From positions 1 through 57,738 of the forward strand of contig JANOKZ010000090.1 in NCBI GenBank assembly GCA_031419515.1: 57,738 nucleotides of DNA. The letters are read 5' to 3'. Origin of the DNA: Hyphomicrobium sp. (GTDB lineage: Bacteria; Pseudomonadota; Alphaproteobacteria; Rhizobiales; Hyphomicrobiaceae). This document shows, piece by piece, positions 20,035 through 30,947 of the stretch (positions are counted from its first letter, which is position 1; each line of letters starts with the position of its first letter). Under the pieces are notes generated by a model, which saw nothing but the letters and a program-made list of their open reading frames with translations, had not been told where the DNA came from and searched no databases. A program made the translations under genes and the position numbers.

Positions 20035-22758
20035 ATGTCCAACAAAATCGAAGCACTCGCCACCCTAGAGCGCGCCGTGCAGTGGCTCTTCTCGTTGGAA
20101 CGCCGCGCAGCAGTCCTGAATAGAATGCGCTCGGCGCTGAGCCGCGCAGCCCGAAAGATAAGCCAGCCCAGTGATGTCCGCTTTGTAGTTGTCACAGTCT
20201 TAGCTTACGGGGCAGCTATCGCCATTGGTACAGAAGTGACGCGGGAAGCCGGAAATGCGGCTGCGATCTGGCCAGCCAACGGCATCTTGTGCGCGGCGCT
20301 CCTGTCGATGCCCCGGCGTGGCACGAGGGGCGCGATGCTCGCACTTGGCGCCGTTATGAATTTTGCAGTCATGTACTTGATGGGTGATGTGCTCGCTGCT
20401 TGTGCGGCATTTGCAATTATAAATGCCTCTGAAGCCCTCTTGACGTGTCTTCTTATTCAACGGTTTTGTCCCGATGCGTTGAATTTCACTTATGGCCGCA
20501 GCTTGCTGCGATTTTGCCTTATCGCCGGATTTTTCGGACCTATATTGCCTTCGCTCGCTGGAGCAGCGGTGATTTATACGGCGTACGGAGCCGACTTTTT
20601 AACCGTCCTCAAAACCTGGTTTTTTGCCGACTCGCTCGGCCTTCTCATCGTGATCCCAGTATTGCTTCTGCTCGTTGACAAAGACGAGTGGGCACGGCAG
20701 ATGAGATCGCAAACTGAAATCGCAACTCTTTTCCTTACTCTTTCTGTCACAACCACGCTGGTTTTCTACCAGAATAGCCATCCGATCTTATTCCTCATCC
20801 CGGCGATCATTGTGAGGATCGCATTCCGTCTCGGTCCATCGTATGCGGCCGCGGCCGTTCTCGCGACCGGGTTCGTCGCGATCACATGCACCGTCGCGGG
20901 TTTTGGGCCTGCAACTCTCGGCCACGGTAATGTGATCTCGGAGCGGATATTGATTGTGCAGATATTCATTCTTGTGGCGTTTTACTCTGCGCTCCTGGCC
21001 GCCAACGCGTTCGCCGAGCAGAACCGCCTGCAGCAAGGTCTGGACATCCAGATCCGGTCAAGCAACGAATTGGCAAGGGAACTCAGCACGAGTAAAAAAC
21101 AGCTCGATATAGCCGTCAATAACATGTCCCAGGGGCTGTGCATGTACGATGCCCAGGGACGGGTGCTGATCCGCAATGATGCATTTGCGCTTGTCTATGG
21201 TCTCAGGCCCGATCAAGTGTTACCGGGCATGACCCTGAGACAAGTCGTCGAGCTTCGCATAGCAAACGGCATTTTCGCTGGGGAGAACCCGCAGCAATAT
21301 CTCGCCGAGCGGCTAACACCTGTCACGTCCGATAGTTGCAGCATACATCATCTGAACAATGGCCGCTCGATCGCGATTACGCAAAGGCCTCTACCTTGCG
21401 GCGGCTGGGTGACGACCCAAGAAGACATCACCGAGAGCCGCAGCTTTGAGAAGCGCCTGGCATTTCTGGCCCATCACGACGCATTGACCGGGCTGGCCAA
21501 CCGGACGCTGCTTCACGATCGTATTGAGCTTACCCTGACGCGAGTCCGGCGGGGTGAGGAGGCAGCGGTCTTGTTTCTCGACCTCGATCACTTCAAGAGC
21601 GTCAACGATACCTTTGGCCATGCCACAGGAGATGAGCTGTTGAAAATTGTCGCTGGCCGGCTGCGTGGCAGCTTGAGAGAGACAGACACGATCGCGCGGT
21701 TGGGCGGAGACGAATTTGCAATACTGCTGGTGGGAGCGAAACAGCCTGAAGGCGCCGGCGTCGTGGCGCGACGCATCGTCGAAATGATGAGTGCGCCGGT
21801 CGTTATCGACGGCAAACAGATCGGGATCGGGACCAGTATTGGCATAGCAACAGCCCCCCACGACGCGGAGACCACGTCTGATCTTCTGAAGTGCGCGGAT
21901 CTTGCATTGTACAAGGCCAAGGCCGAGGGCCGGGGAACGCATAGCTTTTTTGAAGCGGAGATGGATACAAGTATGCATGTGCGACTAAGACTCGAACAAG
22001 ACTTGCGAACAGCGGTCTCAGAAAATGGATTTACGCTACACTATCAGCCGCTGGTCAATCTCGAGACCAACGAGGTCAGCGGTTTCGAGGCGTTGATACG
22101 CTGGAACCACGAAGAGCGCGGTATGGTCTCGCCCGCTGAATTCATCCCCCTCGCCGAAGAGACCGGCCTCATTATTCCCATTGGGCAATGGGTCTTAAAG
22201 CAAGCGTGCACGGACGCGGCGGCGTGGGACAAACCACTAAACGTCGCGGTCAACTTGTCGCGAGCTCAGCTGATGAGTCCGGACATCGTCGGGAACGTAG
22301 CTGCAGTCTTGGAAGAAACCGGGCTATCCCCTGGAAGGCTGCAATTGGAGATCACTGAAACGGCCGTGATGAAGAACGCGGATTTGGCGCTGAATGTGCT
22401 CGATGGCATGCGTTCGATCGGGGTCGAAATCGCGATGGACGACTTCGGCACCGGACATTCCTCGTTGGGTTGTTTGCGGAGATTCCCTTTCAACAAAATC
22501 AAAATCGATCGATCGTTCATTAACGATCTCACAACAAGCCTCGAAGCGAGATCGATATTGAGAACGATCATTGCTCTCGCGAAGGTTTTAGGGATGTCGA
22601 CAACTGCGGAAGGCATTGAAACCGCAGAGCAGCTCGACATCGTCCGCGCAGAGGGTTGCGGCGAAATGCAAGGGTACCTTTTCAGTAAGCCGAAGCCAAT
22701 TGCAGAACTTTCCCGTTTCACTCGGTCAAACGACTACGAAGAATGCCAGGCGGCATAA
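20035..22758 (+). CDS. MASE1-PAS-GGDEF-EAL diguanylate cyclase/phosphodiesterase
   Basis: AIWPANG (MASE1-like TM region), NNMSQGLCMYD (PAS), HDALTGLANR, RETD I-site + RLGGDEF, FEALIRW, DDFGTG. Confidence 0.92.
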   Translation: MSNKIEALATLERAVQWLFSLERRAAVLNRMRSALSRAARKISQPSDVRFVVVTVLAYGAAIAIGTEVTREAGNAAAIWPANGILCAALLSMPRRGTRGAMLALGAVMNFAVMYLMGDVLAACAAFAIINASEALLTCLLIQRFCPDALNFTYGRSLLRFCLIAGFFGPILPSLAGAAVIYTAYGADFLTVLKTWFFADSLGLLIVIPVLLLLVDKDEWARQMRSQTEIATLFLTLSVTTTLVFYQNSHPILFLIPAIIVRIAFRLGPSYAAAAVLATGFVAITCTVAGFGPATLGHGNVISERILIVQIFILVAFYSALLAANAFAEQNRLQQGLDIQIRSSNELARELSTSKKQLDIAVNNMSQGLCMYDAQGRVLIRNDAFALVYGLRPDQVLPGMTLRQVVELRIANGIFAGENPQQYLAERLTPVTSDSCSIHHLNNGRSIAITQRPLPCGGWVTTQEDITESRSFEKRLAFLAHHDALTGLANRTLLHDRIELTLTRVRRGEEAAVLFLDLDHFKSVNDTFGHATGDELLKIVAGRLRGSLRETDTIARLGGDEFAILLVGAKQPEGAGVVARRIVEMMSAPVVIDGKQIGIGTSIGIATAPHDAETTSDLLKCADLALYKAKAEGRGTHSFFEAEMDTSMHVRLRLEQDLRTAVSENGFTLHYQPLVNLETNEVSGFEALIRWNHEERGMVSPAEFIPLAEETGLIIPIGQWVLKQACTDAAAWDKPLNVAVNLSRAQLMSPDIVGNVAAVLEETGLSPGRLQLEITETAVMKNADLALNVLDGMRSIGVEIAMDDFGTGHSSLGCLRRFPFNKIKIDRSFINDLTTSLEARSILRTIIALAKVLGMSTTAEGIETAEQLDIVRAEGCGEMQGYLFSKPKPIAELSRFTRSNDYEECQAA

Positions 22759-22964
22759 CCGAAGATCGTACCTTAGCAACGTACTTGTTAGCACTGAGAA
22801 CCACTGATTGGTTGTTCGGGAACACGCTTGTCTGTTGTTTTATCTCAATGGACCGGCACGTCTTGGCAGGGCCACCCGCGTAGGACTATTAGCAGGGGAT
22901 CTTTCGGCAATACAGCGATCTCCGGGGCCTTTATGTTTGGGGGCAACTCAAGTAAGCCCGCCAC

Positions 22965-23267
22965 ATGGGATACTGGCTCTACATCGTCGCCTGTTCGGAC
23001 GGCTCACTCTATACGGGCATCGCAACGGACGTCGCGCGCCGGGTGGCTGAGCATAACGGTCTTGGAAAGAACGGCGAACCGGCGGGCGGCAAAAGCAAGG
23101 GTGCGCGCTACACCTCGGCGCGGCGGCCTGTCCGCCTTGTCTATGAAGCAATGTTTGAGACCCGGTCGGACGCGTCACGCGAAGAATTTCGCATCAAACA
23201 ACTGACGCGCGCCGGGAAGGACTTACTGATAGCGGCTGCTGCTAAACAAATCGCGAAAAAGCGATGA
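22965..23267 (+). CDS. GIY-YIG nuclease family protein (UPF0213/YhbQ-like)
   Basis: LYIVACSDGSLYTGIATDVARRVAEHN, GARYT..RRPVRLVY, E..IKQL. Confidence 0.9.
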   Translation: MGYWLYIVACSDGSLYTGIATDVARRVAEHNGLGKNGEPAGGKSKGARYTSARRPVRLVYEAMFETRSDASREEFRIKQLTRAGKDLLIAAAAKQIAKKR

Positions 23268-24451
23268 CGGGGCGGGAAGAAGAATTCGACGCCATTGTGT
23301 TAGGCGCGGGTGCGGCAGGATTGATGTGTGCGCTGACGGCCGGCAAGAGAGGCCGCCGTGTGCTGCTGTTGGAGCAGACCGATAAGGCTGGTGCGAAGAT
23401 TCTGATTTCCGGCGGCGGGCGCTGCAACTTCACCAATCTTGAGACGTCGCCGAAGCGCTTCATTTCTGAAAATCCGCATTTCTGTACCTCGGCGTTGAGC
23501 CGCTACACGCAGAAAGACTTCATCGCTCTCGTTGAGCGGCATGGCATCGCCTATCACGAGAAGACATTGGGGCAGTTGTTTTGCGATGGCTCGGCGCGGC
23601 AAATCGTGGCGATGCTGTTGAAGGAGTGCGCGGAAGCCGGAGTTGACGTCAGAACCGGGCATACGGTTTCGAGCGTGACGCGCGGCGATGAGTTTCGTGT
23701 TGAGACAGGGGCGGGGACGTTTATAGCACCAGCCCTTGTCCTGGCGACGGGCGGGCTATCCATTCCGAAAATGGGTGCGACCGGCTTCAGCTACGAACTC
23801 GCGCAACAGTTCGGCTTACGCGTTACAGAGCGCCTTCCCGGTCTCGTTCCCCTCAAGCTTGAACCCGGCACGGATGGGTTTGATGCGGCGCTGGCTGGCG
23901 TTTCGCTTGACGCGATCGTAACGCTCGGAAAACGCAGCTTTCGCGAGGCCGTGCTGTGCACGCATCGCGGTCTCTCGGGTCCGGCGATCTTGCAGATTTC
24001 CTCGTATTGGCGGGCGGGTGATACGATTGCATTGGATCTATTGCCCGGCGTGCAGGCGTCCGCGATTCTTGTCGAGCGCAAGCGGGTGCGCGCGAAATCT
24101 GCGGCGCAGTCGGTGCTTGCGGAGCTCTTGCCCGCGCGGCTGGCGCAATCCTTAAGCGCGGCTCACCTGCCGGCGGGCGAGATGGCCAACATTGCGGACC
24201 GCACGCTTGTCAAGTTTGGCGAGCGTCTTAAGCGCTGGGAGTTTCGCCCATCGGGAACGGAAGGTTATGCCAAGGCAGAAGTAACCGTTGGCGGCATCGA
24301 TACGCGCGATCTCTCGTCAAAGACGATGGAAGCGCGCGATTGTGCGGGGCTCTACGCTATTGGGGAAGCCGTCGACGTCACGGGGTGGCTTGGCGGCTAT
24401 AACTTTCAATGGGCCTGGTCGAGCGGCTGGTCGGCGGGGCAAGCGATTTAG
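23264..24451 (+). CDS. NAD(P)/FAD-dependent oxidoreductase, HI0933/BaiN (YhiN-like) family
   Basis: LGAGAAGL, KILISGGGRCNFTN, ATGGLSIPKMG, THRGLSGPAILQIS, GGYNFQWAWSSG. Confidence 0.92.
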   Translation: MTGREEEFDAIVLGAGAAGLMCALTAGKRGRRVLLLEQTDKAGAKILISGGGRCNFTNLETSPKRFISENPHFCTSALSRYTQKDFIALVERHGIAYHEKTLGQLFCDGSARQIVAMLLKECAEAGVDVRTGHTVSSVTRGDEFRVETGAGTFIAPALVLATGGLSIPKMGATGFSYELAQQFGLRVTERLPGLVPLKLEPGTDGFDAALAGVSLDAIVTLGKRSFREAVLCTHRGLSGPAILQISSYWRAGDTIALDLLPGVQASAILVERKRVRAKSAAQSVLAELLPARLAQSLSAAHLPAGEMANIADRTLVKFGERLKRWEFRPSGTEGYAKAEVTVGGIDTRDLSSKTMEARDCAGLYAIGEAVDVTGWLGGYNFQWAWSSGWSAGQAI

Positions 24452-24936
24452 TATCCGTCGCCGCCGAAGGTCTTCTTGCCGAGATTGCGGAACATTGAAT
24501 TCAAGATGCCTTCGTCTTTGGCGCCGGGGGCAGGTGTCGAACGCGAAATAAAGTCAAACACCTTGCCGTCTTTCAAGCCGTAGTTTGCAACCTGATCGAC
24601 GGTGCCACCTTCGTTGAAATAGACAGCGACCACCTTGCGGTCCTTCTCCTTGGGCAGCATGAACGACGACTGCCCCATGGTGCTTGAGATGTAATAGAAT
24701 GCATTGCCGCTGCCGACGACAGCGGTTGTTGCGGGCGAGCCGAGCGTAGTGCGCACCTGCTCCTGGCTCATGCCGGGTTGGATGGCTTGCAAATCCGTCT
24801 CGTGAAACTGATGTCCGTGTTTGGTGATTGTCTCGCTGCACCCCGTGAGGGCAAGCGCTAAACCGAGCGCAAGGGCGCCGAGCAGGGGACGGGCCTGCGG
24901 GAGTGGCAAAACGTATCGGCGCGTTGGGTCTGTCAT
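24448..24936 (-). CDS. bamE: Outer membrane protein assembly factor BamE (lipoprotein)
   Basis: Lipobox LTGC, IQPGMSQEQVRTTLGSP, FYYIS; usual synteny with Cbp3/DUF177/plsX. Confidence 0.88.
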   Translation of the reverse strand: MTDPTRRYVLPLPQARPLLGALALGLALALTGCSETITKHGHQFHETDLQAIQPGMSQEQVRTTLGSPATTAVVGSGNAFYYISSTMGQSSFMLPKEKDRKVVAVYFNEGGTVDQVANYGLKDGKVFDFISRSTPAPGAKDEGILNSMFRNLGKKTFGGDGY

Positions 24937-25113
24937 AGGGTAAGAATCGTTTCTCTCCGGGCGCATAAGCGGATTAAGCTAGCCTCTGGCAACTTGCAAA
25001 GCAGGCTAGGGCGGTTCTGGGCGCTCTGTGCTAGGTCATCCCCAGTATTTTGGCCCAGAATTTTGGACCATCCATCTGGGTTTTGCCGGCTATTGTACAA
25101 GGAATATTCCCCG

Positions 25114-25677
25114 ATGTTGCAGTGGCTGAGATCCCGGTCCCATATCCGTCGCAAAGCAGGTGAAATTTATGGCGCTGTCGTGGCCGCAGCCCGGCAACCC
25201 GCCTTCTACCGGCAATACCGTGTCCCGGACACCCTAGAAGGGCGGTTTGAGATGGTTGCGCTCGTGCTGTTTTTGGTCCTGGAACGTGTAAAGCGGGTGG
25301 CGCCGGACGGAGAAGCGCTGACGCAGGGGGCTATCGAAGCCTTTGTGACCGACATGGATGACTGCATGCGCGAGATGGGTGTGGGCGACCTGACGGTTTC
25401 CAAAAAGGTCAAATGGGCCGCGGCCGCGTTCTATGAGCGCGCCGGCAATTACCGCGAGCATCTCGGAAGCGGGGATGTGACGGATGTTTCGACCAACGGT
25501 TTGGCGGCAGACTTGGCGCGATTTGTGTTTGCTGGACAGCCGGGCGGTCATGTCGAGGGCTTGGCCCGATACGTTCAGGGCGTTTCAGTACAGTTTGCGC
25601 GGGTGCGTGACGGAGAATTGGATGGCGGTGGGCTCGATAAAATTTTGTTGGAGCAGGAAGAGAAGCAAGCGATATGA
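25114..25677 (+). CDS. Ubiquinol-cytochrome c chaperone (Cbp3/UQCC1 family)
   Basis: ARQPAFY..VPDTLEGRFEM, DMDDCMREMGVGDLTVSKK, AFYER. Confidence 0.9.
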   Translation: MLQWLRSRSHIRRKAGEIYGAVVAAARQPAFYRQYRVPDTLEGRFEMVALVLFLVLERVKRVAPDGEALTQGAIEAFVTDMDDCMREMGVGDLTVSKKVKWAAAAFYERAGNYREHLGSGDVTDVSTNGLAADLARFVFAGQPGGHVEGLARYVQGVSVQFARVRDGELDGGGLDKILLEQEEKQAI

Positions 25678-26192
25678 CGCCACTTTCTAGTTGGACAGAC
25701 GCAACAACGGATATTCCAGATCGCGGGCTGTCGCGCGAGCGCGCAGCGTCAGAATCGGAGCGCGGCGAAATCGCGAGTGCCCTGCAATTGCTTGCTGTCG
25801 AAAAACTCGTCGCGGACTACCGCATCAGCAGTATCTCGGGTGGTGCATGGCGGCTTGCCGGAGAGTTATCAGCCGATGTTGTGCAGCCTTGCATCGTCTC
25901 GCTGGAGCCGGTTCCCGCGCACCTGGAGGAAAAATTCGACGTCGAATTCTGGCAGGATGCGCGCGCGGACGAATCGGGAGGCGATTTGAGCGTGCTCCAG
26001 GGCCCTGACATCGAACCCCTCAAGGGCAGCGAAATTGCCGTTGGCCGCATCGTCTTTGAGACGCTTGCCGCCGCGCTCGACCCCTATCCACGTAAGTCTG
26101 ACGCAGCTTTCAACTGGACGGAGCCGGCCGAGCAGGACGCAAAAAAAACGAGTCCATTCGCCGTGTTGGCGAAGCTGAAGGGTAAGGAATGA
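25674..26192 (+). CDS. DUF177 (YceD) family protein
   Basis: ADVVQPCIVSLEPV, ALDPYPRK, SPFAVLAKLK; upstream of plsX. Confidence 0.9.
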   Translation: MTPLSSWTDATTDIPDRGLSRERAASESERGEIASALQLLAVEKLVADYRISSISGGAWRLAGELSADVVQPCIVSLEPVPAHLEEKFDVEFWQDARADESGGDLSVLQGPDIEPLKGSEIAVGRIVFETLAAALDPYPRKSDAAFNWTEPAEQDAKKTSPFAVLAKLKGKE

Positions 26193-26367
26193 TGGCGTCG
26201 TGCGGCAACCGGCCGTAGAGGGGCGAATTCGGGTTGTCTCGCAACGCAAAACGGCTATGGTCCACCCGTTTTGGGCCCCCGTTTTCTGGGGGGTCCCGGC
26301 GGGGAATAAAAAGTGTGCCGCAAAATCGCGGCGAAACCTTTAGGTCATCAAGGGCCAGCACAGACAT

Positions 26368-27438
26368 ATGGCGAGCCCCAAGACGATAGCACTCGATGCC
26401 ATGGGCGGAGATCACGGGCCAGAGGTAGTCGTGCCGGGCGCCGCCCTGTCGCTTGAGCGCCACCCGAGTTTGAGTTTCATTTTTTATGGCGACGAGGCGC
26501 GCATCCAGGCAGCACTTGTCCCGCATGCAAAACTGCAAGCCAAGTCCCGTGTCGTGCACACGTCTCATGTCATCGCCATGGATGAAAAACCGAGCCAGGC
26601 ACTGCGGCGCGGCAAGGGCTCAAGCATGTGGCTTGCGCTTGAAGCGGTCAAGTCGGGGGAGGCGCACGCCGCCGTATCCGCTGGCAACACAGGCGCCTTG
26701 ATGGCGATGGCAAAAGTCATCCTGCGCACAATATCGGGCATCGATCGCCCGGCACTCGCTGCTCTTTGGCCAACCGTGCGCTCGGAGTGCATCGTGCTGG
26801 ATGTGGGCGCCAACATCGGTGCGACGGCGCGGAAATTATCGGAATTCGCACTCATGGGCGCGGCCATGGCCCGGGCTATATTCCATATCGAGCGGCCAAC
26901 CGTCGGGCTGCTCAACGTCGGCGTTGAAGATATCAAGGGTGTTGAAGAAGTGCGCGACGCGCACGCGTGGCTCAAGGGCACAGCCGACTTGCCGATCGAC
27001 TACAAGGGATTTGTCGAAGGCGATCAGATTGGTCATGGCGCCGTCGATGTTGTCGTTGTCGAGGGCTTTGCCGGAAATATCGCCTTGAAGACGGCCGAGG
27101 GGACCGCGCGCCAAATTGGCGTGTACTTGAAGGGGGCGATGACGAGTTCGCTTGTCACCAAACTCGGGGCATTGCTGGCGCGCGGCGGTTTCAGGGTCTT
27201 GAAGGCCAAAATGGATCCGCGCCGCTTGAACGGCGGAACGTTCCTCGGCCTCAAAGGCATTGCGGTGAAAAGCCATGGCGGCACAGACGCATTTGGCTTT
27301 GCGAGTGCCGTCGATCTCGCTTACGAGATGGCCGATTCCGGGCTGATCGCGCGGCTCACAGCGGACCTCGACGCATTTCATCATAAGCTTGAAGTGACCG
27401 GAAACGATGCACTCCGCGCTGTGAGCGCAACGGGCTGA
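26368..27438 (+). CDS. plsX: Phosphate acyltransferase PlsX
   Basis: [42 protein letters not shown]. Confidence 0.97.
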   Translation: MASPKTIALDAMGGDHGPEVVVPGAALSLERHPSLSFIFYGDEARIQAALVPHAKLQAKSRVVHTSHVIAMDEKPSQALRRGKGSSMWLALEAVKSGEAHAAVSAGNTGALMAMAKVILRTISGIDRPALAALWPTVRSECIVLDVGANIGATARKLSEFALMGAAMARAIFHIERPTVGLLNVGVEDIKGVEEVRDAHAWLKGTADLPIDYKGFVEGDQIGHGAVDVVVVEGFAGNIALKTAEGTARQIGVYLKGAMTSSLVTKLGALLARGGFRVLKAKMDPRRLNGGTFLGLKGIAVKSHGGTDAFGFASAVDLAYEMADSGLIARLTADLDAFHHKLEVTGNDALRAVSATG

Positions 27439-27457
27439 AGGCAGGAAAGGACGTAGC

Positions 27458-28435
27458 GTGGCAGTCATTCGATCGGTCATTCGTGGCGTCGGGGCCCATT
27501 TGCCCAAGCGCATTATGACGAACGACGACGTCTCAAAAATCGTCGATACGACGGATGAATGGATTCGCGATCGCACAGGTATACGCCAGCGCCACATTGC
27601 AGGCGATGACGAATTGACCAGCGATCTTGGCGCAGCGGCCGCGAAGCAGGCGCTTGTGCGCGCCGGCATCGATCCCGTTGATATTGACCTCATCGTTTGC
27701 GCGACGGCGACGCCGGACCGGACATTTCCGGCAACGGCCGTGCGCATTCAGCAAATGCTTGGTGTGACGAAAGGCGCAGCCTTCGACATACAAGCGGTTT
27801 GCTCAGGGTTTGTGTTTGCAATGACGGTCGCCGATAATTTCTTGAAGACCGGTCAGTTCCGGCGCGCCATTGTCATCGGTGCCGAGACGTTCTCCCGCAT
27901 CCTCGATTGGACGGACCGGGGCACATGCGTGCTGTTTGGAGATGGAGCAGGCGCTGTTGTGCTTGAGGCGCAACCGCAGCACAACGGGCGGGAAGATCGC
28001 GGCATCCTTTCAACCCGCATCCGGTCTGATGGACGTTTCGAAGACCTCCTCTATGTCGATGGCGGGCCAGGATCAACAAAGACAGTCGGGCAATTGCGCA
28101 TGAACGGACGCGAAGTGTTCCGCCATGCCGTGCAGAAAATCTCGGGCGTGATCGAAGAAACGCTCGTTGCGACCGGCTATGCGGCCGACGAAATCGATCT
28201 CTATGTGCCTCATCAGGCGAACCAGCGCATACTTGACGGCATTGCCAAGAAGCTGGGTGTTGATCCGGCGAAGATCGTCATGACGCTGGATAAGCACGGC
28301 AACACGTCGGCGGCTTCCATTCCGCTGGCGCTCAACCAGGCCTTCGAAGATCACAGAATCAAAGAGGGGAGCCTGGTTCTGATGGAAGCCATGGGGGGTG
28401 GCTTCACTTGGGGGGCGGTACTGGTGCGCTGGTAG
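27458..28435 (+). CDS. fabH: Beta-ketoacyl-ACP synthase III
   Basis: [47 protein letters not shown]. Confidence 0.97.
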   Translation: MAVIRSVIRGVGAHLPKRIMTNDDVSKIVDTTDEWIRDRTGIRQRHIAGDDELTSDLGAAAAKQALVRAGIDPVDIDLIVCATATPDRTFPATAVRIQQMLGVTKGAAFDIQAVCSGFVFAMTVADNFLKTGQFRRAIVIGAETFSRILDWTDRGTCVLFGDGAGAVVLEAQPQHNGREDRGILSTRIRSDGRFEDLLYVDGGPGSTKTVGQLRMNGREVFRHAVQKISGVIEETLVATGYAADEIDLYVPHQANQRILDGIAKKLGVDPAKIVMTLDKHGNTSAASIPLALNQAFEDHRIKEGSLVLMEAMGGGFTWGAVLVRW

Positions 28436-28656
28436 TTCTGAGCTTGGAAGGGCGGCCGACCTGCCGCGCATCTGTTCAATTACCGCTGAGAATGCGCTTA
28501 TCAGTCAAAAAATGATGTTCTGCGCACTGCCGCATTAAAATTCTCAGAAATTTCAGGTGCTTGTTCGCTCTTGGCGTTGACCGCGGCAATTTAGCCCGCT
28601 AGCATCCCCGAAAAACATTGCGGCGATTTTGGGAGAGAATTCATGGGAGGCCAGAC

Positions 28657-28965
28657 ATGGGGGGCAAGACATTAACGCGCGCCGACCTCGCGGAAGCGGT
28701 GGTTGAAAAGGTCGGGTTGCCGCGCAACGAGAGTCAGGATCTGGTCGAACGGGTCCTAGAAGAGATTTCAGGCAGCCTAGCGCTCGGAGATTCGGTCAAA
28801 CTGTCGTCGTTTGGCTCGTTCGGAATCCGGCAAAAAGGCCAGCGCATTGGGCGCAATCCGAAAACCGGAAAAGAAGTGCCCATCACACCACGCCGCGTCC
28901 TTGTGTTCCGGCCTTCGAACATCATGAAAGACCGGATCAACCAAGGCCAAGGCAAGCGCCGCTGA
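28657..28965 (+). CDS. ihfA: Integration host factor subunit alpha
   Basis: [36 protein letters not shown]; GGGAGG RBS before ATG 28657. Confidence 0.96.
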   Translation: MGGKTLTRADLAEAVVEKVGLPRNESQDLVERVLEEISGSLALGDSVKLSSFGSFGIRQKGQRIGRNPKTGKEVPITPRRVLVFRPSNIMKDRINQGQGKRR

Positions 28966-29202
28966 TAGTGCGCACTGGTCCGCAAGATCGTTCGCGGCTT
29001 TTGATGGTACGTGGGACGCGCACGCGCGATTTTAGTATAGGTTATGTCATGCCATCTGGTGTGTAGGATGCGCAGCATCTGACTTGGGTGTTTGGAGAAG
29101 TGTTCGTAGTACGACGTCCATTTTAGAGACATTGAGACGTGCGTGCCTCCACGCTTGAGAGGCAATTGATGGCCTCAAATCAAAGAGGGCGAGGTCTTTG
29201 CA

Positions 29203-29778
29203 ATGAATAAGTCAGCCGATGCATTCCGCACCATAGGCGAGGTGGCGGATGAGCTTGATGTTCCCAAGCACGTTTTGCGCTTTTGGGAGGGGAAATTTCC
29301 GCAAATAAAGCCGATGAAGCGCGGCGGCGGGCGGCGTTATTACCGCCCAGAAGATATGGAACTCCTGCGCGGTATCCGCCACCTTCTGCATGCCGAAGGC
29401 TACACGATCAAAGGCGTGCAAAAGATACTGCGTGAACAGGGCATCGATCAGGTTAAAGCGATTTCGCATGCGGCCATCGAAGCGGCCGCTGTGCGGGGGT
29501 CAAATAAGAAAGGCAGCCGACAGAAGGTTGCAGCCGTCCAGGCGCCAGTTCAAATCGATCGTGCCGCTGATGAGTCCCTGGGGCAAGCAAAGTCCGCAGC
29601 CGTGAAAGTGCGCGAGGGTGCACAGGTCGTGAAGCCTTCGGCGCCCGAAGCGGCAAAGTCCGGCGTGTTGAAATCGGTGATCCGCGAACTTGAGGCGTGC
29701 CGGGCGCTCTTGAAAGGCGAAAACGCGCCTCGCGCCGCAGAACCTGCGAAACAAGCGCGGGCTGGCGGGCGATCGTGA
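29203..29778 (+). CDS. MerR-family transcriptional regulator
   Basis: [41 protein letters not shown]; conserved position after ihfA. Confidence 0.92.
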   Translation: MNKSADAFRTIGEVADELDVPKHVLRFWEGKFPQIKPMKRGGGRRYYRPEDMELLRGIRHLLHAEGYTIKGVQKILREQGIDQVKAISHAAIEAAAVRGSNKKGSRQKVAAVQAPVQIDRAADESLGQAKSAAVKVREGAQVVKPSAPEAAKSGVLKSVIRELEACRALLKGENAPRAAEPAKQARAGGRS

Positions 29779-30554
29779 AGGCCGGACCGGTGTCACTGAC
29801 ACACGCTATGGCAGGCCGCGCATGCGACGTGTGGTTTGCAGAACTAGGCCGCCACCTCGATGCCATCGAGTATGAGGAGCGCCACTGCCCGAGATTATCT
29901 CCTGACGAAATTGTCCGTGCCGAACGGATCGGCGACCCGGATCAGCGCCGTCTGTGGCGTGCCTCGCACATTGCACTGCGTGACATTCTCGAGCGCAGCT
30001 GTGGACCAGCCGTTCGCCGCGTGCCGTTTGTTTCTAAAGTAGGCGGCCGGCCAGAGCTTGCGCCAGAGCTTGCGCCCGAAATTGCGCCTGGACTCGCTCG
30101 AGAGCTTAGTGCCGGAGTGGAGGCTGCGGCGCTATCCTTCAGCTTGTCGCATACAGCGGACGTGGCTTTGATTGGCATCTCACGCGCGGGGCCGATCGGC
30201 GTCGATATTGAAGCCATCCACGCGCGTGCTTTTGCCGAACAGCGGCGTCAAAGAATCGAAGCGATTGCTCTCGATATCGCTGGCGGCCGCGCCTTGCCGG
30301 AAGATAGCGACCGGCGCTTCTTGCAGGCTTGGACGCGTGTCGAAGCCCTCTCAAAAGCCGATGGCCGGGGGGTTTTGCACACACTCAGTTCAGCGGGTGG
30401 GACGGTACAGGACGGCACGGGCAGGTCTGTTCGTTCGGTTGAAGTGCGCGACTTGGAGGTTGGCGCCGGGTTTTGTGCCAGCGTTGCAGGGCGCGGATTA
30501 CCGGACGTGCTGGCCGTAAAGACCTACGTTCCAGGTAGAATTCAGCCATTGTGA
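29775..30554 (+). CDS. Sfp-type 4'-phosphopantetheinyl transferase
   Basis: [38 protein letters not shown]; GTGA overlap with the merR stop. Confidence 0.85.
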   Translation: MKAGPVSLTHAMAGRACDVWFAELGRHLDAIEYEERHCPRLSPDEIVRAERIGDPDQRRLWRASHIALRDILERSCGPAVRRVPFVSKVGGRPELAPELAPEIAPGLARELSAGVEAAALSFSLSHTADVALIGISRAGPIGVDIEAIHARAFAEQRRQRIEAIALDIAGGRALPEDSDRRFLQAWTRVEALSKADGRGVLHTLSSAGGTVQDGTGRSVRSVEVRDLEVGAGFCASVAGRGLPDVLAVKTYVPGRIQPL

Positions 30555-30622
30555 GCGCTTGATGTTACGCAAGCGTGATGGCCGTTGACCTACAGGCCCG
30601 GGGCAGGCACAACAGGGCGCAT

Positions 30623-30699
30623 CGGAGCGTAGCGCAGTCTGGTAGCGCACTTGCCTGGGGGGCAAGGGGTCGCAGGTTCAAATCCTGTCGCTCCGACCA
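30623..30699 (+). tRNA. tRNA-Pro (anticodon GGG)
   Basis: CGGAGCG/CGCTCCG acceptor stem, anticodon arm CTTGC-CTGGGGG-GCAAG, GGTTCAAATCC T-loop, encoded CCA. Confidence 0.97.
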
Positions 30700-30947
30700 A
30701 TTTTTTCAGAGACTTATACCAGTGTGTCTCGCGAGGGTTTTTCCTCCGAACTTGCAGCAAACATCGTAACTCTACAATTTTCACCGGATTGTGCTCCGGC
30801 TTGGTTCTTCCTTGATTTCGGGGCTGAGCGGATTCCGTCGTCTCGTTGGCTCGGCTGTGAAAAAAAAGTAGGACCGTCTTGAGTCGGCAGCCAATGCGAC
30901 TTGGTGGCAATCAACCTGGTGCAGGCGACAACAAATGCGGCCGCGAC

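Larger units (their letters stand above)
18807..22943. mobile_element. Genomic islet bounded by a direct repeat
   Basis: ATCTCCGGGGCCTTTATGTTT(T)GGGGG at 18807-18833 and 22918-22943 (21 nt perfect, one-base indel); AT-rich tract at 19000-19100; no integrase inside. Confidence 0.7.

Noticed and set aside
22965-23267. GIY-YIG gene as mobiliser of the islet
   Set aside because: It is the small housekeeping UPF0213 type and lies outside the direct repeats
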